DNA of 64,000 nucleotides from Octopus sinensis (GCF_006345805.1 NC_043002.1:34410001-34474000), one strand, 5' to 3'. Shown: positions 1 to 13,848, counted from the stretch's first letter. Made by a program: numbers and translations. Notes: generated by a model from the letters alone, not told the origin.

Positions 1-283
1 TCTTTCTGTGTCGCTCTTCGCCTTATCCTCTTTTTCTCTCTCCTTTGTATTTCTCTTCTATTTCCCTTCAACTAATCACGTGAAAGCCTTACTATTGCAT
101 TCCTCCTAACTCACATCATGAACGCTTCTCTCCCCTTTTCTCCCTCTCCCCTTTTCTCCCTCTCCCCTTTTCTCCCTCTCTCTTTTTTCTCTCCTTCTTT
201 CCTTTCTCCCACTTTTTCTCTAATCACGTGAAAGCGTTACGGACGGGCTAAGTAATGCAATGACAAGCTGAATTATTATAAGA
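1..283 (-). mobile_element. Possible 5' portion of a non-autonomous Helitron-like element
   Basis: Ends in ttattataaga (minus strand: TCTTATAATAA), like the other Helitron-like 5' termini in this window. Internal repeat ctaatcacgtgaaagc at ~72 and ~220. The 3' end is outside the window. Confidence 0.3.
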
Positions 284-540
284 TACTTTAACCGTTTGAG
301 TTATTTCTCTAAGTTAATTTTCATTTCTCCTATATACACACGCACATACACACACATACACACGCACTCATACATATATACATTCATACATACATACAAA
401 TATATGTGTGTGTGTGTGTATCTGTGTATATACACATATATATATACATGTTAAACTATATTAATTGAAGGTGAAAATTATATAGTTGTTAATCTCTTAC
501 CAACGGTGGATAATTATGCCTAGGGCCAAAGGCAAATAAA

Positions 541-1000
541 CGGTGACCATCCCACTATTTATTCAAACCAAACATATATTATCTATATTATCTAAAAAAC
601 AATTTTTTTTTTATTAAAAAAAACGGTTGGTCGAGATTTTAATAGAGACTTGGTTGCAATTTCTACCATATATTTCGACCACGTAGAAGCTCCCATGCTG
701 GATCAAAATTGTGTTTTATGTCTCATAAGCTGTGTTGAAAGAGTAGCCAGAGTTCAAAATCTGGGTTGAAGGTACACCAACCGTAACCATCCCGTCGTTT
801 ATTCAGGCCAGACATGGAGAATTTGAGACTACATTAGCCAAGGTGTACTTAAAGAAAATGGCTGGATGCAATTTGATGGAAAGTTGGTTGCTATTTCTAG
901 CTTGCATTTCGACCACATAGAGGTTCCCGTATTAGATCAAAATTATGTTGTATGCTGCATAAGGCGTGTACAAAGACGAGCCAGAGTTCAAAATCTGGGG
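541..1000. repeat. Diverged tandem duplication, 2 units of ~240 bp
   Basis: accatccc..tttattca..ttggttgc(a/t)atttct..tttcgaccac(g/a)taga..gatcaaaatt..agccagagttcaaaatctggg occurs at ~541-770 and again at ~781-1000. Confidence 0.75.
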
Positions 1001-2176
1001 CGGATATAATTGATAGGTTATATTGAAGGAATTGAATAGCAATGAAAAGAGTGGAGACACTTGTATTTACTGCGGGTAAATGTCGACTGTTGACTTTAAT
1101 AACTTCTCAAATAATTTCACTATACGCAGATAAACTCATAATAGAGTTGACTGTTTTTGAAAGAAAATACATCTGTCTGTCACTTTCTCTCTCTCACCTA
1201 CCCTTTCTCCCACCCCCTCTCTCTCTCTAGTATATATGTGTGTCTGTGTGTAAATAGGGAACAGCTTTTCTTTCAAACATGTTATATTTAAAACACGACT
1301 GTGTTCGAGTTACATTTATTTCGTCAATGATTTTCCATACTTCCTTGTTAGTCCTTTTAGATTGGGACAATAACGTTCTTACATTTACTAGTCCATTAAC
1401 GTTTCAAGACTGTTTCGGCCTCTTTATCTGGACGAAGTGATGATGAAACGGACATGTTGTTCAAGCACTTTGCATTTGATCGTGGGAATATTGTTATAAT
1501 TGATTCAATAATCAATGTTATTACTGATATAATAACCAATACCGGATTTAAAAATTATAGACTGCTGAAGACCAAGTATGCATGGTTTATTTTATTTGCG
1601 TCTATTTTCGTTTCTATTTCACTATTATTAATAAAATTTCTATAGTTTTCGTCTGATTTTTATGAAATTATATATATGAAATTGCTACGCTGTCAGCTAG
1701 TATTTTCTTATGATATTTTATTTCGCGTATTGTTTACATATTTAAGTAAGTTCGAGTAAACTTTAAACTGTTTTATTATAATATCTATTCTGAGCTGTTT
1801 AGTATACATTGCTTTATATAATGAGCTGCATTTTATAATGAGTTGTAAATGCGTAGTCAATTGACGATGAAGTGTCGTACTTGTGTGCTTAATGTAAACG
1901 TTTCAGTTATGAACTTTACAATTTTCATGGTTACATGATTACATTGGAATTTATATATTACATAGGTTGTCTGATGTACGCTCTACGGTTTATTAGTTTG
2001 TAGTTTCGAGATGTGGAGTTTTTTTTTTTATTGTGGTGTTATTGTAATATATGTTAACTATTGTCTGTGGTTAGGTTATTGCTTTTTCCTTCCGTTTTGT
2101 TAATATGTTGAGGAAAAATTGGCCCACTTTGTAACCAAGGAGAATTGGGTTATTTTGATATATGATAACGCAATAA

Positions 2177-3117
2177 TTATCAAAGCTTATTACCGCTCAA
2201 CAAGATCCCGCGTATGCGTGTACGATGAAGTGTCGGAACCCTTCGAAATATGGTCTGGCGTTCGGCAAGGATGTGTTCTTTCGCCGACTCTTTTCAATTA
2301 CGCCGTCGACTGAATCACCAAAAATGCATTAAGGGAGTTCCCCGGTGTCACTGTTGGTCACAACTTTTCTGTCAAGGATCTAGACTATGCAGATGACATT
2401 GCGATACTTGGCGAAACATTTGCTGACGTCCAGTTTGTTATCATTGAGCTCCAGCGTGTTGCATCGCAGATTGGTATGAAAGCCAATGCCTCGAAGACCA
2501 AAATCCTCACAGCCGGCTTCGCCCCACCAGACAAAACACCCATTGTCCTCAATGGTGATATTCTTGAAGAGGTTGAGAGTTTCAAATACCTTGACGCCAT
2601 CATTACAGCCACAGGTCAAGGTGAGGCTGACATTAAAACACGAATCGACCTCGCTCGCCAAGCCTTCAACCGACTCAATGCACGACTCTGGTCAAGATCT
2701 GAGATCCAACGCACCACCAAAGTACGGATCTACCAAGCACTAGTGCGAACGATTCTCCTTTACGGCAGCGAGTCATGGCCGATGAGGGTGGAATATATTA
2801 AGCGACTAGAATCCTTCGATCACCTCTGTCTACGCCGCATCCTTCGTGTCCGATGGCATCACCATGTCTCCAACAATTCGGTGCGACACCAGTGCAAAAT
2901 CACCTCCCTCCGACAAATCAAGGCTGATCTGGAACCCAACCTAGGCCCCCATGTCTACGGCGTTCGCCGCTGGAATAGGGAGTGGTTGGAGATCACGCGG
3001 TCATTAGCCTCAAATCGCCAGGCCTGGTCGGTGTTTGTGAGCGATACAGCATTGAGGATGAGTTGAAGCCAGCTCGACCCACCCCGGGTGAATACTGTCT
3101 CAAGACAAGAAGAAGAA
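2177..3117 (+). mobile_element. 5'-truncated RTE-clade LINE (RT C-terminal part, pseudogenised)
   Basis: Translates to GVRQGCVLSPTLFNYAVD*, DLDYADD, KTKIL, FKYL and RIYQALVRTILLYGSESW..CLRRILRVRW. One in-frame stop, an apparent deletion near 2910, and a short (AAG)n tail. GC-rich relative to its flanks. Confidence 0.9.
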
Positions 3118-3905
3118 CGAATGATTTGTATATTTTGACTTGGCGTTCCATCTATTTGTATGGAGCTAGATGAATTCGGTTTTATATGTTTTGCATGGCG
3201 TGGATAATTTATTATAGTATTCGTTATCAACTAATGATTGTTTTATATGCAAGATTTACTAATTTAAAGATTCTTAATTGGACGCAAATGTAAAAACTCA
3301 TCTTAGGAGGGATTTGATTACAAATAATTTGTATCTACCAGGACTCTACTATCACCGTACACGCATAGACATCTTTTAGTTTTGTGTGTATACTGAGTAG
3401 CTGCATGTTTTGTTCCTTATTACTACATCTATATCTAAAACTTGAGTAGTGTTGAGTAGTGACTTTATTCTTGAGCTATATTGGTTAGTGCTATTTTTGA
3501 TATCATCTTTACAGATGCGAAAGCACAGATCTACCAACTTATTTCTGTCATAATATGGGACAATATTTAAATCAGGGTGGAAAACTTAAAACAGCAATAT
3601 CGTATGAAGCACTTAACTGAGAATTATTTACATATGTTGTGTCAGGGGTAATAGTTTTTAGACCTTGATTTTTTTTTTTATCTCTGTAACAACGAGTATA
3701 AATATGGCGTTTTGAAGAATACATTTGTTAATGAATACAGTAATTTACTTATCTATTTATTTATTGGTGAAATTGGATACGAACCAAGTCGGCTGCTACT
3801 CGGGTGTCCATTTTGCAGGACGCAGAAACATACGCACACGCGTGCGCACACCTGCACACGAGCACATATATAATATTTATATAAATAAATATATAATATG
3901 CACAC

Positions 3906-3940
<35 letters not shown>

Positions 3941-3941
<1 letters not shown>

Positions 3942-4234
3942 CTTCTCTGTGAAACTAATAAGCTTTTTTAAAACCTGTGATAAGACTGTGCATCATCATT
4001 AAAGAACTTTGGAAGTCTGTTTACAACCTCAATTTGCTTTTAATGAAATTATCTCCAATACTTCATGAGTGTAGCCTCACCCACTAAGATGTTTGGAGAA
4101 CTCATATGTATTTTAGCTGATGAGTACGGGACACTTTTATCTGCTGCAATATTTGCAACTTTTAATAAAGCCTGTCTTTGTATGAAACAATTGTACTAAA
4201 AACTAATCCATTCTTGTTGCTTCTTTTCTCGTTT
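3941..4234 (+). mobile_element. ~290-bp hammerhead-bearing insert in a (TA)n tract (Penelope-like pseudo-LTR fragment)
   Basis: Unique sequence flanked on both sides by TA microsatellite; contains a complete type I hammerhead motif. Confidence 0.6.
4111..4201 (+). ncRNA. Minimal type I hammerhead ribozyme
   Basis: Stem I ttttag/ctaaaa; core CTGATGA (4117-4123); stem II gtacggg../..tttgtat with a long loop; GAAA (4184-4187); palindromic stem III CAATTG; cleavage triplet GTA (4193-4195). Confidence 0.75.
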
Positions 4235-4294
4235 ATATATATACAGTTATACATATACAAGCATGTAGACATATATGCATATATATACATATAC

Positions 4295-4352
<58 letters not shown>

Positions 4353-4740
4353 TTATATACATAAACACACACTCACATATATATACATTCATACATACGT
4401 ATTCATATACATATATATGTGTGTATGTGTATGTATATGTATGAGTAAATGAACATTACATACATATATATAAACATTGCATAGATATACTTCCATACAC
4501 AGTCGGTAGAAATATCTGTTATACAATACTGCTAACAAAGCTCCAATGTCAATATGTTTGCTTTACACTTAAATACATTTTGAGTTTGAGAATTGTTTAG
4601 CATTTCTTATCGTCATTTCTTTTTGTTCATTTCTCAAGTCACATCGCCTCTTTTTCTTTCTCTATACTTTCCCTACTTTTCTCCTCCCCCACTCCTCATC
4701 TCTCTTTTTCCTTCTTGTGATAATAATAATAATAATAATC

Positions 4741-5208
4741 CTTTCTACTATAGGCACAACGCTTGAAATTTGGGGAACTGGGTAAGTCAATTTCATCGAC
4801 TCCAGTGTTTCACTGGTACTTAAGTTATCAACCCTGAAAGGGTGAAAGGCAAAGTCGACTCCGGCAGCATTTGAACTCAGAAAGTAAAGACAGACAAAAT
4901 ATTGCTAAGTATTTTACCCGGCGTGTAAACGATTCTGCCAGTTCACCGTCTTCCAGTGATAATAATAATAATAATAATGATAACAGCAGCAACAAGAAGA
5001 ATGACAACAAGACATAACAATAATTATGACAATTATTTCTGTTATAGGCACAAGATCTGAAATTTGGTGGGGGGTGAGGCTGCTTGACTATATCGACCTC
5101 AGCACGCAACTGGTACTTCTTTCATTGACTCCGAAAGGATGAAAGGCAAAGTCGACCTCGGCGGAATTTGAAGTTAGAACGTGAAGACGGACGAAATGCT
5201 GCTGAGCA
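4741..5208 (-). mobile_element. Two copies of SINE family B (4741-4950 and 5037-5208)
   Basis: Reverse complement of the recurrent gtcgactttgcctttcatcctttcggggtcgataaa..aagtaccagt domain; the copies sit in AAT tracts. Confidence 0.8.
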
Positions 5209-5216
5209 ATAATCAT

Positions 5217-5724
5217 GCACTGGCTCTCATGGTTTCTGATATTAACTTATTGGAAGTGTACATGTTTTGTCTTAGTATAAAAGATGGGCAAATATTCTGC
5301 TCAGTACCATAGATTTGCTGTTCAGTTGTTTGACCTTAACCAGTTGAGATTAGCCTGTAGTGGCTGACGATATGCGCATCTCTGATCACGAGCAGAAGTA
5401 GCGGGGAAGCATCAAAGCCATGTGTTGAGAGGAAATCTTTGGGGTTTTTGAATAATTCACCTCTGGAAACATCCTTAAAGAACCATTAATTAGGGACATT
5501 TTGAGCGGATGGACTACTCCACATTAAGAAAATTCTAACTGGGCTGCACCTGTAAGATCAAGCGCTATTTATCTTGATATGAGATCACCATGTCGTGCAC
5601 ATATGGTTGTGATGCATGTGCCTGGTGTACACTTATCAGACGGGTAGTCACGTGATAGGTATATGAGGCTTCGTATATTTGTACCCCAATGTCACTTCGA
5701 TGGCATGCGCTGCACTCTCGCTCA
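5217..5724 (+). mobile_element. ~550-bp (AAT)n-associated non-coding element, copy 1
   Basis: Collinear with the copies at 46314, 47882 and 59544; ends gcactctcgctc followed by (AAT)n. Confidence 0.8.
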
Positions 5725-5753
5725 ATAATAATAATAATAACAACAACAACAGC

Positions 5754-5796
<43 letters not shown>

Positions 5797-5800
5797 CAAC

Positions 5801-5870
<70 letters not shown>
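5725..5870. repeat. (AAT)n/(AAC)n compound microsatellite
   Basis: Directly visible in the sequence. Confidence 0.97.
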
Positions 5871-5871
<1 letters not shown>

Positions 5872-5949
5872 TGCAGAAGGAGTTAGAAAGTTCTGGAATG
5901 ATATTTAAGATAAGCCAGTTAATCATAATGAGGATGAAGCATGATTAAA

Positions 5950-7745
5950 GAGAGGAGGAAAAGTAGTTAGTGAGAAGCAACAAGATCTAAAACTAACTAG
6001 TGCATTAAGGAGTAAAGTTTTAGGAAGAATGCCGAATTAGAAGGGCCCAGGACTAGATTTTAGTTCTAGGGTATCGACTGAAGAAATTTAGAAACTTACA
6101 TGGAAGACTGAGAAAACAGCTTCAGGATTGCCTGAATGGAAGAGTCATAGCTAACTGAATGACTGGAAGGAAAACAGCACTCCTTATGAAAGACAAAAGC
6201 AAGGGCGATACAGCTAGTAGTTATAGACTTGCTTACCATTAGTGTGAAAGTTATTAACAGGGATGCTCTCAGAAAGCATTTATAAGCACCTTCACAGCCA
6301 GAATTTATTATTAGAAGAACAGAAAGGTCGCAGGAAGAAAGCTAAAGGAATGCATGGCTTATTATACATAGAAAAATCACTTCTAAAGGAAGTAAAATTT
6401 AGAAAGAAAAATTTAACAATGGCATAGATATATTATAAGAAAACCAATGACATGATTCAACGGTCTTAGACAAAGGAATGTTTGAGTATATAAAGGAATG
6501 TTTGAGTATATATAAGAGATTTAATTAGCTATAGCATGAAGAAATGAAAAGCTGTATTACTCAAGTAATACAGCTTCAGGGAAAGTTAATATCAAAAGAC
6601 AAATTTTCCAGCGAGACTTCGTTATCTCCTTTAATATTCGTGTTATGTTTAATCTCACTCCGTTTACTATTAAGAAAGACGAATGCAAGGTATCAGTTTG
6701 ACATAGCAAAGAAAAAATTAATCATTTGCTTTACATGGATGATTTGAATATTTTTATAAGAATGAAAAAGAGATAAATTCTTTAATACAAACTATAAGAC
6801 TTTTCAGCAAAGATATAAGTATGGACTTTGGCATTGATAACTGTACAATATTAATCATAAAGAAGAGACAGATGGTTAGCAGTATAGGCATTCAGTTGTC
6901 AGATGGCCAAACATTAAAATCATTGAAAGAAGGAGAACGTTATAAGTATCTAGGAGTAATGGAATCAGACAGAGTACTAACTATAGAAATGAAAGAGAAA
7001 GTCGAAAAGGAGTACATTAGAAGGCTAAGTAAGTTAATGAAGTCAAAACTAAATGATTAAAATCTAGTGAAGACTGTAAATTCTTGGGCAGTGTCATTAC
7101 TTAGGTATTCAGCAACTTTTGTAGACTGAGCAAAATCTGAATTAGCAAACCTAGGTAGAAAATCTAGGAAAGAATTCAAAATGAATGGTGGACTTCATCC
7201 TAGAACAGGAGTAGCCAGATTATATTTACCTAGAAAGGTAGGTGGTAGAGATTTAATGTCAGCAGAAGACTATATGGAGTTAGCTAAAGTAGATACAGTC
7301 TCCTATTGAGGTAATAGTGATGAAATTTTATTGAGAGCTGCTAGAGTAACAGTAGGAGATAGAGAAACCAATAGCCAAACCTAGTTAGAAACCAGAAATA
7401 AAAGAAAAAAGAAGAAAATTTCTCTCCCTGACAAGAGAAGGCTTTGCATGTTAGATTTCCAATGATAGAGTTACAGAAAATAGGAATAGAGAGAAATGGT
7501 TATGGTTGCAGAAAGGAAAGCTGAAAAGTAGGCAGAAAATATGTTAGTAACAGCGCAGGATCAAGCATTGAGGACTAACTAGATAAAAGCCAAGATAGAT
7601 AAAAATCAGATAGATGCTCAATGTAGGCTATGTAAATCAAAAGAAGAAAGTGTTACTCATTTAGTTAGTGAAACTAGTATGCTGGCACAGAAAGAATACA
7701 TGAAAACATATGACAACTTGTGGAGAATAATTCACAGGTAGTAAC
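5950..7745 (+). mobile_element. Degraded R4/Dong-like RLE non-LTR retrotransposon
   Basis: Frame-shifted remnants KGPG, SPLIFVLCL, NHLLYMDD, MDFGIDNC, YKYLGV, HPRTGVARLYLPRKVGGR, AQDQALRTN and zinc knuckle CRLCKSKEESVTHLVS; lies directly after (AAT)n. Confidence 0.85.
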
Positions 7746-8006
7746 ACAGAAAGTAGATGAATAGAGGAAATGAAACCTAGAGAGAGAGAGTGGGTGAGAG
7801 AGAGAGTTACTGAAACCAAAACAAAACAAATATTCACAAAAAACTTATCCAGGCATTGAGTGTTTTTAGTGAGGTAAGGAGAAATTCTTGCACACATACG
7901 ACACACACACAGACAGAGAAACACACACATACATATTAACATACACACACACATACATATTCACATACGTACACACACTCACACATACACAGAAACACGC
8001 ACGCAT

Positions 8007-8078
<72 letters not shown>

Positions 8079-8325
8079 TACAAAAGTTCATCTTGTGATT
8101 ATATATATTTAAATTAACAACTTCAATTTTGATCTTAAAATTTACCCAAGCTTCCGAAATTATAAACAATATAATGAAATTATTGATGGTATTTTTCAAT
8201 TTCCGTAAGCGGGAAATCCAAAAACATGGGTTAGCAGTAACTTGGTACTTGCCTGCATTTGTCTCACTCCCTCTTTTTCTCTCCCTCTCTCTCTCCCTCC
8301 TTCTCTTTCTCACTCTCTCTCACTC

Positions 8326-8883
<558 letters not shown>

Positions 8884-8968
8884 TATTAATTTATAAAAAT
8901 ATGGTAAAGTAAAAAATTCACTTTACCACACACCGAACTTATCAGAAATAGCAGCCAAAAATTATATA

Positions 8969-9004
<36 letters not shown>

Positions 9005-9018
9005 TATATGTATGTATG

Positions 9019-9054
<36 letters not shown>

Positions 9055-9248
9055 TGTATGTATGTATGTATGTATGTATGTATGTACGGATATGTTCTTG
9101 TGTAAGTGTATTTTATTCTTTGCTAATATGTGTGTGAGTGTGTGCGTGTATGTATGTAGGTACATAAAGCGCCACCGTGCATGTATCCGTCAGTATGTCA
9201 GTATATATATATATATTATACATATATATATGTAATATAAATATATAT

Positions 9249-9334
<86 letters not shown>

Positions 9335-9668
9335 TATAATACACATGGACTTTACTGTCGCTTTCTGTGCACTTTTTCAAGTATTTTGGACGACTTTGGA
9401 CGAAGTGATTGAGTATTGCAGAAACGTATATCCTCAATATAATTCTCAAGTTGTGTGTACTTCGCACAGCCTCGCAAGGCTTCACACACCCTCACAAGTA
9501 CACCAATGGGTCATTTGTATCGTCTAGCCCCTTTACTCGCATCGCTTGTCTTGTGCCTAAATTAGAAGCAAATATATTTTATATATATACATACACACAC
9601 ACCCATAAACATATATATACACACACATGTATGTATAAGTATATATGTACATATGCGTGTGTGTGTGT

Positions 9669-9717
<49 letters not shown>

Positions 9718-9739
9718 ACCTCTAACCGTCTTGGTATAT

Positions 9740-9795
<56 letters not shown>

Positions 9796-9802
9796 CATAT
9801 AC

Positions 9803-10085
9803 AGTAAATCTCAAAAAGAACAAACACAAAAACACAACAACGCTAGGACGTGTACATATAATGTATTAGCAGACACTCAGGGAAAGAAAGATGGTTTAAC
9901 GTTTTGAGCAGACGCTCTTCTTCGGAAACAGAGGAAAATAGAAGGGAAGACGGAGGAAGAAAATCGCCAACGATTCACTTGTGGTTACATTTTGAAATGA
10001 CCGGAAGTGAATGGGTGAAGAAAAAATTATTTCTACGACAGGAGAGAGTAAGAGAAGGAGGTGTGTGGGTACGTTCGTGCGCGCA
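9803..10085 (-). mobile_element. Penelope-like terminal fragment with a degenerate hammerhead (9894-9930)
   Basis: Minus strand reads gttt CCGAAGA a gagc-gtct-gctc AAAAC GTT aaac; homologous to the terminus of the element at 12238. Confidence 0.6.
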
Positions 10086-10752
10086 AGTCTGTGTGTGTGT
10101 GTGCATGCAAACATATATACATATATACATACATAAACATATTATATACGTATATATGCGTATATATATATATATAAGCACACACACACACATACATATG
10201 TAGTATAAACTTTGGCAAGGGAAAGGTTAACAGTGACTTCGAAATTTCAGTCAACAAGCCGTCGCCTAAATATCTGCTGTCGTATCGTAAACAAAAACTT
10301 TGAAATTACTATCAGCCTTGTAAATATATATACATAATAAATTATATAAATACAGTACTCCGTGGTGTACCTAACAAGGGAACAAGACGAACAAGCCAAG
10401 CAGCCCCTCTCTCTGAGCACATTTTTCAAAATTGGACCCTTTTCAATAATTTTTTAAAACTCTTTAGTTACTTCTATCAATAGTTGTAAGTTTCATTCAT
10501 AATGATATTGTTGCTCAAACATGAAATTAATGAATACAGAATACAATTAATTATATTTTAACTAATGAAATATTTCGCGTAATATAAGACAAATGAGTGA
10601 AAAAATGTTTGGTATGTGTCACGGCGCCATTTGTTTATGTTCGCTCCTACTAACTTTAGAATTTGACGGCGCCTCTGACTGTGCTCTTGTAAAAAGAATG
10701 GAGCCACCGTTTAATTGTATGCTCAACTGTATTAGATAAAATTAAACATTAA

Positions 10753-10847
<95 letters not shown>

Positions 10848-11207
10848 TTCCTACGTGCGGTTGTTAGTATGTCAGCGCGCGCGTGCGTGCGTATGTACAT
10901 GAATTGATAAATGATTCTAAACATTAATGTGTAAGTGAGTGAGTATTCACAAGATATGGGCCCTTAACGTAATTCTCATATTGTACCAGCGTGATAGTGT
11001 GTATGATAAGTCTTGTCTTTTGAATTCCGGGCATAATCCACTCGAAGAGCTTCTATACTGTTAAAGTCTAGCCAAAGTCACTCACAAGGTAACAGGGTCG
11101 AACCGAAGCTATAGAATATGGTATTTGTCGATGATGCAACAAGGTGTGATTGAACGCCGGACATCGTAGCAGCGAAGTGAACATCGCAAGCACAGATTGG
11201 GCCGTGA

Positions 11208-11240
<33 letters not shown>

Positions 11241-11255
11241 CGTCTAACCCTACAC

Positions 11256-11321
<66 letters not shown>

Positions 11322-11558
11322 ATAACAGAGTAATACACAAATGGGAGAAGTCAGGAAGGTAATAAAAGAAGAAGGTGAAATAAAATAATTTAAAATAAAA
11401 TAAAGCAAGATAGTTTGAGGTATGAGGAGGTTTAATTTACGTGAAAGATTTAGGGATATAAAAGGTATATAGATATATAAGTCGATATAAAAGTAAATAG
11501 GTATATAAATAAGTGGACAGACAGAACACATTATATTTATACACATACACACACACAT

Positions 11559-11600
<42 letters not shown>

Positions 11601-11966
11601 GTGAGTGTGTATACACAAAGAAACAAACAAAGATTGTTTTTAACTATTCAGAATAATTATTTTTCAACAAGAAAGCGCTTATACACAACATACACACTAT
11701 ACAAAAACTTTTTCCTCAAGAGGTTGTGATTTTGTTTCTCAAATAATATTTTTTCTTTAATAATTAATAACTTTTACAAAACTATTTCTTTGAATATTGG
11801 ATGGTATTTAGGTATTTTTTGAAAATATTTTTAAATACAAACAGGTGCGCGCGCGAAGAGAGGGACTTGTTAAAAAGAAACCAATAGAATAAGTATCTAT
11901 TAAAAAATTTAAAAGGGCTGGGGCAATGTGCTCGACTAAAATCTTTCACTATACATATGTCAGGGC

Positions 11967-12175
11967 AGTGAGCAGGCAGAATCGTTTGCACGCAGGGCAA
12001 AATACTTTGCGGCATTTCGCCCGTCTTTACGTTTTAAGTTCAAATTTGGCTGAGGCCGACTTTACCTTTTATGCTTTTGGGGTCGATAAAATAAGTAACA
12101 GTTGAGCACCAGGGTCGATGTAATTGATTTAACCAGCTCACCCGATATTACTAGCGTTGCACCAAAATTTAAAAA
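11967..12175 (+). mobile_element. SINE family B
   Basis: ggcagaatcgtt..gactttaccttttatgcttttggggtcgataaaataagta. Confidence 0.75.
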
Positions 12176-12237
12176 CAATACATATGTGTGTGTGTATAGA
12201 TATTTACATATATGTATGTGTGTGCATATATATATAA

Positions 12238-13700
12238 CGGGAAGCTTTATGAAAATAAACAAAAGACGAAGGCAGGTGGAAAACAAACGAACAATTGTAT
12301 TAGTATGGCGCTCAGGAAATATAAATAAAACAAGTCTTTAACGTTTCGAGCCTACGCTCTTCAACAGAAAGATACACAGAGAGAGAAAAACACAGAAAGA
12401 AGGAGAGAAAAAAAATGCGTGCAGTAGCTAACGAATCAACATGGCGATCTGATTTCGGCCAGAGGTCAAAGATCAAACATGAGACGCGAGAGCGAAATAA
12501 GGGGAGATAATAGGGTTGATAAAAGGGTTGAGGGACCAGCTAAAAGTGCGTGGGAGGGGTCTGGATGTGTGTATGTATAGGGTTGGTGTATGTATTAGTA
12601 TGTATAAGGGTGTGTGTGTGTGTGTGTGTGTGTGTATGAGAGAGTATTAGTGCGTAAGATTGGTCTGGACGTGCGTATGTATGGGGTTGGTGTATGTATT
12701 AGTATGTATTAGTATGTATTAGTACGTATTGGTATGTATAGGTGTGTGTGGTGTGTGAGAGAGAGTATAAGTGCGTATGCGGGGTCTGGACGTGTGTATG
12801 TATAGGGTTTGGTGTAAGTATTAGTATGTACTAGTATGTATTAGTACGTATTAGTATGTATTAGTTGGTGTGTGTATTAGTATGGCACATCATATGTGAT
12901 GTGATGTGTAAAGTCATGTGGTGTAGTGAGGAGAAGAGGGGGAGGGGGAGAAGAGAGGAGGGGAAGAAGAGGGGGAGAGAAGGGGAGGGGAAGAAGAGGG
13001 GGGAGGAGAAGGGGGAAGAGGAGAGGATGGGGGAGAAGGAAGGGGATGAGGGGGAGAAGGAGGAAAGAGGGAGAGGGGGAGAGAGAAGGGGAGAGAGGGA
13101 GTGAGGGAGCAGAGGGAAGGGGAAGAGGGAGGGAGGGAAAGAGGAAGAAGGGAAGGGGAGTAGGGGTGAAAGGATGAAGGACTGAAGAAGTAGGGGTCGG
13201 GGGGAGAAAGGATAGGTGAGGAGGGGGTGAGGTTAGATGAGGAGGGGGGAGAGTTGAGACCAAATGGCGTATAAGAGCGAAGAGAGAAGATTAATTCTGT
13301 TCACGCGCAAACGCAACGGGAATGGGATGGCCTCAAACGTGTAAGGACAAACCGTTGCAAGGATAGGTGTTTTGCAAGGAGTGACCGGTGGAGCGGAAAT
13401 GGCGTGAGACCGGTGTGGTCGTTCGCAAGGTGTGGAGATGTCACGAAGGTGTTCCGCGAACCGGTCAGCCAAGCGGCGTCCCGTTTGTCCGATGTACAAG
13501 GAATTGCAGAGAGAGCAAGAGTTGCAATAGATAATATTGCTGGAGGTGCAGGTGAAGGAGTGGATGATGGGATAGGGTCGATGGTGGGTGCTAGTGAGGC
13601 GGGTGGTGTTGGAGAGGTAAGGGCAAGTGCGGCAACGTGGGCGGGAGCAGGGGAACGAGCCGGGTTGGGAGGTAGGGTCAGGGAAAGAGCTATGGACCAC
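12238..13700 (-). mobile_element. 5'-truncated Penelope-like element (Neptune-type): GIY-YIG remnant, low-complexity 3' region and hammerhead-containing terminus
   Basis: Translates to CSRPRCRTC (Cys linker), FTCTSSNIIYCNSCSLCNSLYIGQTGRRLADRFAEHLRDI, then frameshifted PVSRHF..GHS..REQ..LIFSL..PFGLN. The hammerhead lies downstream on the same strand. Confidence 0.9.
12335..12372 (-). ncRNA. Minimal hammerhead-like motif with variant core CUGUUGA
   Basis: tcttt CTGTTGA a gagc-gtag-gctc GAAA CG TT aaaga: 5-bp stem I, 4-bp stem II, stem III reduced to the palindrome ACGT. Confidence 0.7.
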
Positions 13701-13738
13701 ATATACATAAACACATACATGCCTATATGCAAACATAC

Positions 13739-13779
<41 letters not shown>

Positions 13780-13802
13780 TATGTGTGTGTGTGTGTGTGT
13801 GT

Positions 13803-13848
<46 letters not shown>

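Noticed and set aside
2166-3127. TSD of the first RTE fragment (aacgcaataatt / aacgaatgatt)
   Set aside because: Too imperfect to call.
10222-10320. Minus-strand hammerhead-like layout (aagg CTGATAG..GAAG..cctt)
   Set aside because: Stems are plausible, but both core segments deviate; cannot be supported without a family consensus.
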